A stretch of DNA of 64,000 nucleotides, from positions 1-64,000 of the forward strand of contig CDMY01000013.1 in NCBI GenBank assembly GCA_001179505.1, given 5' to 3'. Below are positions 10,940 through 22,495 of this stretch, one piece after another. The position numbers were made by a program, and so were the translations under genes. A model generated the notes under the pieces. The model searched no databases and was not told the DNA's origin. It worked only from the letters and a program-made list of their open reading frames with translations. Position 1 is the first letter of the stretch, and each line of letters starts with the position of its first letter. The DNA comes from Vitrella brassicaformis CCMP3155. Lineage: Eukaryota; Protista; Chromerida.

Positions 10940-13900
10940 CAGTTCTCAGGGCTGAAACGCGTTGGGCGGCCTGCGTGGCGGCGCGGACGGTGAGCGAGGC
11001 TATCGGCACCATCCTCGGCGCCTGCATCCGCTGGTGTCTCCGTGGCGTCATCCTGCTGCTGGGCCGCTTGTGCTGCTTGGGCAGGCTCAGCAGTCTCCTT
11101 ACCACAGAGGCCGGCCTGAGCGGAGCCGGCTCAGCAGTCTCCTCTCTCGTCGTTAGCGGAGCCGGCCTGAGCGCAGAGCAATCCGATCAGAGCAAGTCCC
11201 TGAACCGTACCGGCCACGTCAGAGGGAGAGGCACGCTCGGCGTCGACCTCGGACTGGGGCTGGGGCTCGGTCTCAGGCTCGTGCTCAGGCTCAGGCTCGG
11301 GCTCAGCGACAGGCTCGACCTCACACTGTTCGACCGGACCGGCCACGGGAGCGGTCTCACGATCATCAACGGTAGCCCCCGGCTCGGCGGTGAGGTCGAG
11401 AATCAGTTCCAGCCCAAAATTATCGTCCATGGGCATGCGAGAACCTGGCAGATAGTCATTCATCATGCCACACCCCTGACAGTGTGGTCTCAACACTGAC
11501 CGTCATGTATCTGGGAGGGTGACACATACGGTGGGACGCAGACCTGCGGCATGTCAGTCGGCCCTGCACACACAGACATGGACAAACACACGCATATCTG
11601 CACGCACATACACTGTCAATAAGGGTGTGTTCACCTGCAGGAGGAGGCGGCGGGAGTGACGCCTCAACATCCATCGAGTCACTCTCAATTGTTGCATTGA
11701 GACGGGTGCGCTTCGGGATGGCTTCAACGGTGTGTGGTACTGTACACAGACACCATCAGAGAGAGACAGAGCAGAGACACAAGGAGAGAAAGGCACAAAG
11801 AGATAGAGACAGTATGAACTCCCATGTCTCTGTCTCTGTGTATCCTACAGCGTAGGTGTAATAATACTCACCTTCTCGACGCTGCGGCAACTGGGTCCCG
11901 GACCGCTGGGCTCCAGGCGGCGGGAGGTTAGGGAACACGTCCTTCATCGACAAATTGCCGCGACAGAGAGAGCAGCTACGAGAGGTGCAGGAGGGCTTCG
12001 CCGACCACGCGCAAGAGCGGCATGTTCCCTGCCCACAATGCGGACACTGCACCTACGTGTTTGGAGGACACTCCTTCATACACACGGGACGGTACTCGGC
12101 GGCGGAATTGGTGGTGGCTTGAGGGTTGGGGTTGGAGTTCTTATTGCCATTCCCATTAGCGTCGCACCGTTGGCCGTTAACAACTACACCAGGGGGACAG
12201 ACAAAGGGGCCTGTCGGAGATGCGGCATCCCGTAAAACACGGCCCTTTCCTCTGGTCTTCTCCTTAGCGGCGCTCTTCCTTTTGCGGGACGGCTTCGGCT
12301 TGGGCTTCGACCTTCCGGTGGTGGGAGCGCTGCTGGTGCCGGTGCGGTCAGCAGCTTCGCCAGAATTCGCTGTACAACGCTGCCCTCCTCGGAAAGCCTG
12401 CTGTTGCTGCTGCTGCTGAGTCACCATCTCCATACGGACAGCCTAACAGACGGACACACAAAAACTATGACAAACTAAGTAAAAGGACAGCAGACATAGA
12501 CATACTATGTTGTATCAAGACAAGAAACCAGTGCCGCGTGTTTCATCACATATTCTCAAACATGTATGTACACCCACATCGACAGCCTGATAGTGGCCGG
12601 GGCCGCCATTGGGCCCTGGCGTAAACAGCAGGTGGATCGTGCGAATCGTCCACGGGGATGGAAGGGGCGTGGTGGTGGCCATGTCGGGGTTGTACGGGTA
12701 GAATTGATAGTGCTGCACTCGGTCAATCCGCGTTAGCGCCGTCGGCAGCGAATACCACACATGAATGTTCACGCGCCGCTGCTGTGCGATCGTGCGCAGC
12801 TCCACCTCTCCTCCCTCGACTCCCGGCTGTCTCATCTGCTGAATGTACTCCTCGCGAGTCCCCGCAGCGCCGAACACCTCATCGTCCTCCTCGCCTCCCC
12901 CTTCAGCACCAGGGTTAGTTTGCCCACGATTGCGTGGCGCCTGCAGTACGAACCGTCCGAGGTGAGGCCTGCACACAAACGCAGCAATACAACACACATG
13001 AACAAGCCAAGAAGACATGCGATTTTCAGTGAAGACACACGTTTGCGTACCACAGCTCGTTAACGGCGGCTACAGTATTGCGATGGAAGTCATGGACGAC
13101 ATTCATGTCGACGACTTCCTCGCGGGGGACAATATTTAGGGCCTGAGCTGCTGCAATAAACAAGCAGTCGCCTTGGCTCGCGTTGTTTGTGCGTATGAAA
13201 CGGTATGTCGTGCCGTCCCCATATGTGCCCGTCAACTCTCGCTTCGAAAGGTAGACTGGACGCATGTTGACCGGCTTGAGATCACAAACGCAATGATAAA
13301 CAGCAAGCCCTTTGCGCGACAAGGTCACTCGCCTGTCCGCTGCGTCGCACTGCGTTGGGGGTGCCACAGAGCACCAGCAAGAGGAGGAGGAGGACACGTA
13401 GGCGTCCACTGCTTCGGCTGAAGACCCTGGGTCTGTGCTGACGAAAGGTGCGGGGCCGTGTACCTGTTCAGATCCACTTTTGGCCCGGCCTCTATAAAGG
13501 CCTCACGGCCATGCACAAGATAGATGGCCACCAGGTGGATGTTCCGAGCGTGGTCGTACTTGTGGGGCTGCCCGGAGTGTTTCACCTACCCACACACCAA
13601 CACGCGCGTCGTCTTGAGGAAGTTGTTGAACTCGACCTCAAACCAATCAAACACCTCCGGATCGACGTTGCCAGGCTGCAGGCTGTCAATGGCATTCGAG
13701 GCTATCACTGGATTACCATATCAGGAATCACACAAGTGGGTGATGTGCTGTCGGTTTCTTCTTCTGGCTGGTTGCGGCCAACCGTATTGGGTCAGAAACC
13801 GGCGGCTCTGAAAGTGCGTGAACCCGCCAAACTCGCTACACCCCACTTGTGCCGACACCACAGCAGAGCTGGCTATAGTTTGCGCCCGCTGAAGACAGAC

Positions 13901-14835
13901 GTTGCATCCGTCTCCGCGGTATTGCTTGTCGCACAGACTCCCACCGCACGCGGCGACCACTTGAACAACGGCAGAGACACACACATATACACACACACGC
14001 CCGCCCGCACCCACACACACCCATAAGCAGACAGACCCACAATCAGCCAGAGAGAGAGAAACGAGGTTCTTTCAGCTCTCTCTCTCTCTGCCGACCCCAG
14101 TGACAGCAGATCGTGCGTGTCATTGAAAAGGCAGACACACATACAAATTCACACGCATACAATGGCATTCCTGCCTGGTATGCTGTATGCTGTATTGTCT
14201 GGCTCATCCGGCGAGCTGACACACCCGTGCGGTGTCTTGCGGCGTGTAATTGATTAGGCCGAACATTCTTCGAGACCTCAACTCTCTGACACACACCGTT
14301 CTCACACAGTTGGCAGCACAACGAAGAGTTAGAGTAAATGATGGCCTCCTCATCTGTCCCCTCCTTTCGCTCACATGCAGAAGAAGAGGGTTGAGTATGT
14401 ACACACCTGGCCGGGAGCCTGACCGCCGCTGCCGCCCTGGCCTGCCTGCTGCTGCTGCCCCTGCTGCGCACCGGCTCCGCGGCCGCTTCGACGGTTCAGG
14501 GCCCTCTTTGTCAGCGTCAAAGGGGTCGTGCCGGTCTGCCCGGTGATGTGCATGATAATGCACTGCAGCTTCAACCCCATGCCGCAACGGGCCAGCCCGC
14601 CGGTCGCGCTGTCGGCCTCCACCAGGGCCTAGGGCGTGGTGGCCTGGATGCCCCGCCGGTCGCAGTAGGCGCGGGCCGACCGGATGCCCTCGTTGACGCC
14701 GTCCCTGGCGAAGAAGTGGGCCAGTTTCGACTCGGCCGCCGGGTCTCGGCCTTGGCCGTGCCCTCCAGGCACCACAAGAAGAAGAGCAAAGAGAAGCGAC
14801 AGAAGAGACGGAGGGGATAGCTTAGTTCGTTGCAT
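10940..14835 (-). pseudogene. Multi-exon OTU cysteine protease (deubiquitinase-like) plus RING finger gene, disrupted
   Basis: OTU catalytic SQGDCLFIAAAQAL (Cys at 13164-13166), EYIQQMRQPGVEGGEVELRTIAQ and IHLLF...GHYQAV (His at 12593-12595). RING-like CMKECPPNT*VQCPHCGQGTCRSC...CSLCR (11950-12085). Acidic EPEPE tail at 11131-11430. In-frame stops with the frame continuing at 14629, 13721, 13586, 12053 and 11131. Confidence 0.75.
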
Positions 14836-15042
14836 CGTGCCACCCCGTACGGCGTGTGTCTGCGTCTGTGTACGCTGGAGTCGACAGCCGAACGAAACAA
14901 GGAGGAACAGAAGGGGGCTGAGAGGAAGGGGGCCCCAGGAAAGGGCCCCGCAATGGGGACCGGAGACGCGTCTCAGCGTTTACATTTCCCACACAACCAT
15001 CTTTGCAGTGACCGACTCGCTGTACCGGCCTCGCAGGACATC
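14800..15042. repeat. Dispersed repeat, copy 2 (partner at 784-945), with a ~105-bp segment in place of the short spacer of copy 1
   Basis: Direct alignment as described for copy 1; same orientation. Confidence 0.95.
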
Positions 15043-15115
15043 ATTCATCCACCGCGGCTTAGGTCGACGCCTCTGTGTGTGTGTTTGGTTCGTGCAGTTT
15101 GGTTGGCGCATCACA

Positions 15116-15987
15116 ATGGCGGTCTCTGTTGGTGGTGTTAGTATACCGAAGTGCAGTCTGTGTCAGGATGACTATCTGGCGCATGGACCCAAGGCACCCA
15201 TTGTCCTCAGATGCGGTGATCAATACACACACACCGCACACAAGGCCAACACGTGAATCAATGTGGCTGTGTGTGTGGCTGTGTGCGTCGCTCTGTGTGT
15301 TCGGCGCTTTCTCTTTGCTCAGGTCATTCCTTCTGTGCGGCGGTGAGTGAGTGGGCACGGAAGAGGGTGTTGGTGACACTGCCATGCTATGTGTCTGTCT
15401 GCAGTGTGTGAGACAGTGCATCCGCCACCATCCCCACGAACATCGTGTTGCCAACTGCCCCGTGTGCAGGTAAAGCGACACACATATGGGTGTGAATGGG
15501 TCGTTCAACATGTCCCCCTGCATTCGGAAGTGCGTCGTGTTGATCAGGAGGGGGACTGCGGAGGCTGACATCCAGGCCAACCACGGCGTGAGAGAGGTCA
15601 TGGTTTCCCTCCTGGCGGTTCACATGCAAACGGTGAGACAAACAAACCGACACACACCGTGACTACGACAGCCATGCTCATATCGTGTGTGTGTGTGTGT
15701 ATGTGTGTGTGACTGTCTTCTTGGCAGGTGGATCTGCCGAGGGGCACTTCGCTAACCCGACAGCAGTACCACGGCCTGCTGGGACTGCTGGGCGACCACA
15801 CTATGAAGCTGCAGTCCGTCTACCGGTATGTGTGCAGCCGACAAACACAAGCAGAGGGAGAGGAACAAAGCATCGTCTGCGTGTGTACGTCAGGTCATTC
15901 CGTGACGGCACCTTTGTCGCCGATCTGAAAAAGTTCTATGCGGATGAGATAGAGGTGCTGCACGTGTGCACATTTGGCGTAGCATGA
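15116..15987 (+). CDS. RING-finger protein with a truncated TLDc-like C-terminus
   Basis: Spliced MAVSVGGVSIPKCSLCQDDY...PIVLRC|GHSFCAA|CVRQC...VANCPVCR (C3HC4 RING), then KLQSVYR|SFRDGT, which resembles the TLDc start LLYRASRDG. It stops about 25 codons later. Confidence 0.75.
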
Positions 15988-15999
15988 GCTGCTGCTTGA

Positions 16000-18641
16000 A
16001 TGTGAGTGTCGGGTGTGCGTGAGAGACATAACAGACCTATCAATGATTTCTTGTCTACATTCCGTCCGTCCAGTTGAATCCATCAGCCAACCACACATAA
16101 ACTCACCACCCAACAGGCAGACAAGCACGTAATCCATGGTGATGCGCTTGCTGCGGGGTGTCAGCCACAGACCTCTCAGCTGTTTGATCATGTCTGTCTG
16201 TGTTTGTCTGTTTGCTTGGTCATCTCTTTGACTGTTTATCTGTTTGTCTGTCTGTCTGTCTGTCTGTCGATTTGTTTGTCTGTTTGTCTGCTTGTTTGCT
16301 TGTCTGCTTGTCTGTCTGTCAATTTGTTCGTCTGTTTGTTTGTTTGTTTGCTTGTCTGCTTGTCTGTTTGTCTGCTTCTCGTCCAGGACGGTGTGCCGGA
16401 GAGTCAGTCTAAGGCCGCAACGGGACGCCTCGCTCTTCACCGCACGGGCAATCAGCTCACAGACGCCCATGCGGTGCCCCGGTGCCACGGTAAAGCACCG
16501 CATCGGGGGGTGCCCTCCCTTGCCCAGCACTCGAAAATTGCCAAGCATGGCCCGGCTGACCCCCTGCTGTGACGGGTGGGCGGTCTCTGGCTGCTTCTCC
16601 ATCTCCTCGCTGGGGGTGCAGATTATCCGCGCCGCCTCCGCCACATAGCGGCCCACTGCTGTGTTGATGCGGCCGCCGATCGGCGAGTCGCCGATGGGGA
16701 TGGGAGGGGGTGAGCTGTCTTTGGTGGGGTTCTTTTTGTTGATGCACACCAGGGCGTCCGGTGGGAGGATGGTGGGCTCCGTCCTGAAGGGGATGCGCTG
16801 GGTGAGGGAGGCCATGATGCCGCGTGAGGGCTCCAGGGCCTTGTTGATGGCGTCCATCGCAAGCTGCGGGATCGATTTGTTGAGGAAGTGGGAGTATGCG
16901 GCGATGAGGGTCTTCTCAGCCGTCTCGCTGTCGTCCGACCTCTCGTCATCGTAGGGTCGGTCAGGCCGATAGCCGCACACCCCCGGCAGGGTCTGCAAAC
17001 GCCTCCCGTGCCGGGGGGGGACCAGCCCAGCGGCCGACACTGACGCCCCACGCTCCAACAGTCGGACCAGCACATCCTTGGTCGCGTCTGTGCTGCCGGC
17101 GAGCTTGCGCAGCAGGGTCACGCCGTCGCTGTTGGGCGTGTCCAGGTGCTGGGCGCCGTGGTGGAGCAGCCGCGTCACCGTGGTGGAGTAATTCTGCTGG
17201 ATGGTGTTCATCTCGTCGAGATACGCGTGCCAGAGGGGCCGCTTGCCCTCCCCATCCACCACGTTCACGACATCCCGGCCCAGCTTGGCAACGAAGAAGT
17301 CGATGAGCAGCTCCTGGCACTCGGGGTCGGTCAGCGGGTGCTGGCAGAAGCGATGGATGGGCTGCATCCCATCCTCCACCTCCGTCAGCACAGATGCGTC
17401 ACGATCGGCGATGCTCTTGATGACGCTCAGCACCCCCTGCGGCTGTAGGGGACGGAACACGCGCCTGTCGTTGTCGTAGCCACCTGCTTGTGCGACGGCG
17501 TGTAGCAGCTTCTGTCCCCCTACTGCAGCGGCATGCTGCGGGACGAGCATGGCCTCCACCAAATCCCAGTCGCCCTTCTTGGCCGCACGGCTGAGGGCGA
17601 TGGCACACTGCCCATCCACAGCCGCAGGGCACCCCGCAGCGAGAAGCAGGCGCACGAGGTCGTCGGTGTCGTTGCCGCCATGGTACTCGGCGACCAAATC
17701 GATGAGCGTCCGGGCGGCACCGCCATTGGTCGCCGTGATGACCTTGGGGTCGGCTCCATACTGCTGTATCATGCATCTTGCCGCTGCCGCCTTGATGTCG
17801 CCGCACACAATGCTCTTGGCCAGCTGCCGTGTGGCCTGAGAGGCGCCGTTGAAGGCGATGGTTGTGGCGGAGTCGCGAGGGTTGCGGCCGAACGCTGAGG
17901 CGTTGTGGTCGAAACGGCGGATCTGCACCTGGTCGGGCCATGGGGCTGGGGGGCTCTGTGTTGTAGTGAGGGCGGTGAACGGCGCCGGGGGCTGGGGAGA
18001 GCTCCACACTGACGAGGAGGAAACCTGAAAGATGATTCCACACACGCACAGAAAGGCCATGTGTTGTGTATGTCCCGCATAATATCTTGTGTGTTCCGGC
18101 CACCGACCTGTGAGGTGTCTTGAGCGTGCCATACAGTGGTGTATCTGGAGGAGGGCATCGGGTCCCAGCCGCTGTCGCTGACCACCACGAACAATGTGTC
18201 TGCATCCACACAGACGCTGCGTCCCTCCTGACTGGTCGAGCAGATCATGGAGCCGCCGCCGAGTCCGAATCCAGAGTACTGCCGTCGGGCCCTCTTCTTC
18301 TCCCGCTGCTTGATCCTGCCGTCTGGGCCGACTATGGCGTAGCAGTACACATGGTCGCCCGTCGGCACAGCCGCGCTGAGGGTCCAGGTGTGCTGTCGCG
18401 CGACGTCTATGCCTGTCGGACGCGCCATCTTGAGCACCTTGCCTCCAATAATCAGCGCAACTGTGCCAAACACACACATGGTGGACATCACTCTGCCGCA
18501 TGCCTGCATTCCGTTTCCTTTGCTGTCCGTACCTGCGTCGCCGGGCTCCATCCGTGGTGCGCAGTAACCTGCGTCTTCTTTGAAGGTGACCGGCACCACA
18601 TGACTTGGTGCTTGAGGCTGCTCCGATGCCGACGAAGCCAT
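16000..18641 (-). CDS. Ankyrin-repeat protein of a lineage-expanded family (3' end approximate)
   Basis: ATG at 18641 (MASSASEQPQAPS). The large exon 18025-16385 has ankyrin-like units: LVRLLLAAGC, ALSRAAKKGDWDLVEAML, QPIHRFC, KRPLWHA...TRLLHHGA, DGVTLLRKLA...LVRLLERGASV. Confidence 0.75.
16190..16378. repeat. Degenerate TGTC/TGTT/TGCT tetranucleotide tract (intronic)
   Basis: About 190 bp of tgtctgtctgtttgcttgtc-type repeats; source of the spurious QTNRQ peptide repeats. Confidence 0.9.
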
Positions 18642-19094
18642 ACTACAAGTGATGGTCACTGTTTTCTGAACTAAAGCCTAAAGAGGCCCTCCCTCTCGGC
18701 CGCCCGCCTCCGCGTCATGCCGAAGGCTACAACCATGAGGGATCGAGAAAAGCAGAAAGAGCAGCAGTGAGGAGCACAAGACGACCAGCAGCATCAGCTG
18801 AAGCGAAAAGATCTGCGTGCGCATGAGTTACATTTGCTGTGTGATCGAGATGAATCACGATGGAACAATGAGACTCAAAAACACCGTCGCCGACATCATG
18901 ATGTGGCCGTGCCTGCATTCATGGTCCTCACACTGCATCGCACACAAGCTAGGGTGTCCCGTGTGTGTGCACACATGGCCACCACCGCATGAATGAACCA
19001 AAGCCACCACCAACTACTCTACCGCAACACCGAAACCAATCATGAGCTACACCTCAACACGCCCCCCACCGCCCGTGGGTGGCCGTCGTCCCCA

Positions 19095-20485
19095 CTACAG
19101 CACAAACTCGCTCTCCTCCACCCCCTTGACGTCGCTGAGCTTGATCATGAACAGTGACCCAGCGGAGGGGTATTTCTGCAGCTCCTCATCGGTCATCCGT
19201 CGGCGAGTAGTGGTGATGAAGAGGGTGTCCAGGTTCTTGCCACCGAACGCTACGCATGTCGGATTGGGAACCGGCAGTGCGATCTCGCGGTCAATCCTGG
19301 CCGAAAGGGAAGGAGAGGGGCATACATGGGCATGGTTTTCCCTGTGTGTCTGTGTGTGCGTGCGTGTGCATGGCGCTTACTCTCCCTTGGGTGAGATGCG
19401 GATGACCTTGCCCTGTCCGAACCATGCAGTCCACAGATAGCCCTCCGAGTCAACCGCACTGACGATGGACAGCAGATGGACACACAATGCAACATGATGC
19501 TTTCCGTCCCGTCCCTCTGCCTTGTCCCACTCACTCACCTGCCATCGGTGATGCCCTCCTTGTCTTGTGGCATCTTCCAGAACACCTCCATCTTGTCTTC
19601 CTTGACCGTGCCCGTGTCGGCGTCATACGCGTACGAGCGGATCTCCTTCGTCGGCGAGTCACAGAAAAACATCGTCGACCTGAGAAAGATACACGCAACC
19701 ACACACATGTGAGAGAGAGAGATCGAGATCGGATGGAGCGATTGATGAAATGTGTCAATTCTGACCCGTCGAGGCTGAAGGCGAGGCCATTGCCCACCTT
19801 GACGCCCTGCTGTACAAGCTTGGTGAGCTTGCGGGAGGCGTCCAGCCGCCAGATGCCGGCGCTGGCCTTGCCGTCCTCGCGGTAGTTCTCGTTGTAACCA
19901 CTGATGACGAACCTGATGGCAGCCAAAAAGGTAAGTCACACCATCCCACGTGAGTGCATGGCCGGCTGCCTTGTCTCCCTGGCCGCCTACCTCCCCTGTC
20001 TGTCTGCGCGTCCATCGTTGGCGCGAGTGTTGGAGATGTCGGCCTCGAAGTCGTCCAGCTTCTCGATGACCTTGTTCTCCTCCAAACTGTACAGCGACAC
20101 GCTATCTTCAAACGCTACCAGCAGCTTCTTCGTCGGCGACGCGCCCTTGACCAGTGCGAAGGATCCCGGCCGCTTGGGCACGTCCCACTTCTCCGCTGTG
20201 TTGCTCTCAGGATCATACGCCCTGCCAACATCCACCCACACGAGTCGAGTTAGTTGTGCCCGTGTGCTGCTGGTGGCACGAGAGAGAGGAGTTCGCCTCA
20301 CCAGATCTGTTTCCCTTGGATGTCAACCCACAAGAGATTCTGCAGCTCAGGAGACCAAATCGGGCACTCGCCTGCACAGGAAGATCAGCAGCCAGCCACA
20401 TCAGAGCAACGCATCTACCATTCCATCTTTCACCCTCACCGAGCACATTTCGGCTGTCGTAGGCCAGCTCTGCCGTGGCGACCAT
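19095..20485 (-). CDS. SMP-30/gluconolactonase/regucalcin family beta-propeller protein
   Basis: Spliced MVATAELAYDSRNVLGEG..., RANDGRAD..GRF, GNGLAFSLDG, FFCDS, DG..VDSEGYLWTA, PNPTCVAFGGKNLDTLFITT, AGSLF; stop TAG at 19095-19097. Confidence 0.92.
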
Positions 20486-20852
20486 CTGAGTCTTTCGAGC
20501 TTCGAATGCAGCGGGGCTGTTGGCGCACTTGCCCGGGGAGGCGCAGGTGGGGGAATGCGGGACAGCGGCTGCCAGGCGTGAGGCGGAATGCACTTGAAAT
20601 GCCTGGACAGTCCAGACGAAAAAAGTTGAGATATATGGGCGGGCAAGGCGATTGCAAGAACCCCTCAGCATGAGCTGCGAGCCATCAGACTGCGAGCTTT
20701 CGCGATCGGGAGAGATCTGCTCATCTCGCTTCTTTCGGCGAAAGGACCAGCTGCCAACAGCGCGGAAGGACCAGCAGCACCGACCCGTGTCGCCAAATCG
20801 ACAGATCTATCAAAACACTCACCTGGGAAGCCGAGCAAAGCGAGCAGTGACG

Positions 20853-22495
20853 ATGCAGAACGGCGTTGTGAAGCTCAAGAACCTGGTTGAGAAACTGATC
20901 GCCAGGTAAGCACCACGCCGCAGAGAGAAGCGTCCACATAATCATATGTGTCTTGCGCCCGTGTGTGTGTGGTTCTGTCTGTGGTCAGGGAGGATTTGGG
21001 CGAGAGCGAGACCGCGTTTGCCATCGATGAGCTGCTCACCTTTGACGTGTCCACCGTGTCCACTGATCCAGACATGCAGGCACTCGCCTTCCAAATCCCG
21101 GCCTTCCTCACTCTACTCAGGTACGACGACCGACCGACCGACGGAGGGAGGGAGCATTCTTCAGCACGCTCCACACACGTCTGATTGTGTTTGTTGTGGG
21201 CAGGTCCAAGGGCGAGACTGCCGAGGAGGTGTGGGGCATTGTCAAGGGGCTGAGGAGCAAGGGCGTGACCATCAGGTGCCAGAGGAGGGTGCTGGACATT
21301 GTGGGGACGGGCGGGGATGGAATGCACACCGTCAACATATCCACCGGGGCTTCCATACTCGCGGCCGCATGTGGCGTACCCATGGTAAGTAGGCAGACAT
21401 GGATACCATACCCCTTGAGTGTGTTCGAGTGGATCCATGCGGATCTGTCTGTGTTGGCGTCTGTGCAGGCCAAGCATGGGAACCGTTCTGTGTCATCGAT
21501 GTGCGGGTCAGCGGACGTCTTGGAGGAATTCGGGGTCAACCTGGACCTCTCGGCAGAAGGGGTCAAGAGGTGAGGTGACCATCATCAAGGCCAACAACAC
21601 TTCCGCAGAGGGCTGCCTCATTTATGTGTGTTGCCTTTTACATTACCCGCCCGAAGGTGCATCGATGAGCTGGGTATGGGTTTCTGTTTTGCCCAAAAGT
21701 TCCATCCGGCGATGCGGAAGGTGCGTGAGATCCGCAAGGGCCTCGGGGTGCCGACCGTCTTCAACCTGATCGGTCCGCTGCTCAACCCCGCCCTCTCTGA
21801 GCACCACCTCATTGGCGTCTACGACCCGGCATTCCTGGACCTCTTCGCCGGTGTTTTGGTCAAGGCTGGAGCCAAACACTCGATGGTCTTCCATGGGCAA
21901 GGTAGGTGAGCTGACGACTCAATGTACATCAATGATGTTGCTTACACACGAGTGGCTGGCTGTTTGCGCGTGTGTGTGTCAGCATTGGACGAGTTGAGTC
22001 CGTTGGGGCCTGCCCAAGTGGCTGAGGTGCTCGACGACGGAACCATCAAACACTGGACACTAGGTACACAGACGAGGGGGAACACAGATAATGAATGGCA
22101 CAGCTTGCCATGTGCTGCTGTGTGTGTGTGCTCAGACCCGAAGGACTACGACATCTCCTACTGCAAACTGGAAGACCTTAAGGTGACCACCGCACAGCCA
22201 CAGTCAACACACACTCTCCCAACACACATTGTCATCTCCTTTTTTGCCCTATTCCCTGCTCATCAATCAGGGCGGCCCGCCGAGTGAGAATGCGTCGCTG
22301 CTGATGCAGACCTTTGAGGGCAAGAAGGGCCCCATCGCAGACACACTCGCGCTCAATGCGGGGGTGGCACTGTGGTGCTACGGGTCGGCGCCATCCATCA
22401 AGGAGGGGGTGGAGGCTGCACGGGAGGCGCTGCAGGCCAAGAAAGCAAAAGACCTGCTCGCCAAGTGGGTGGCGCTGAGCAAGCAGCTCACGTAG
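20853..22495 (+). CDS. trpD: Anthranilate phosphoribosyltransferase
   Basis: Spliced [89 protein letters not shown]. Confidence 0.97.

Noticed and set aside
1192-14835. Alternative genetic code or programmed readthrough explaining the in-frame stops
   Set aside because: All three stop codons occur, frameshifts and catalytic-site substitutions accompany them, and neighbouring host genes terminate normally at TAG/TGA. Pseudogenisation is simpler.
16190-16378. CRISPR-like or telomeric array
   Set aside because: It is a degenerate tetranucleotide microsatellite with no constant repeat/unique spacer structure. No telomere-type repeat was seen anywhere in the window.
15895-18501. 868-aa ORF read as a single protein with QTNRQ repeats
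   Set aside because: It runs through introns. The repeats are the translated TGTC/TGTT microsatellite, and the 5' part is an off-frame reading of upstream exons.
18727-18918. Short minus-strand ORF between the SMP-30 and ankyrin genes
   Set aside because: 63 codons with no motif; most likely 3' UTR or intergenic sequence.
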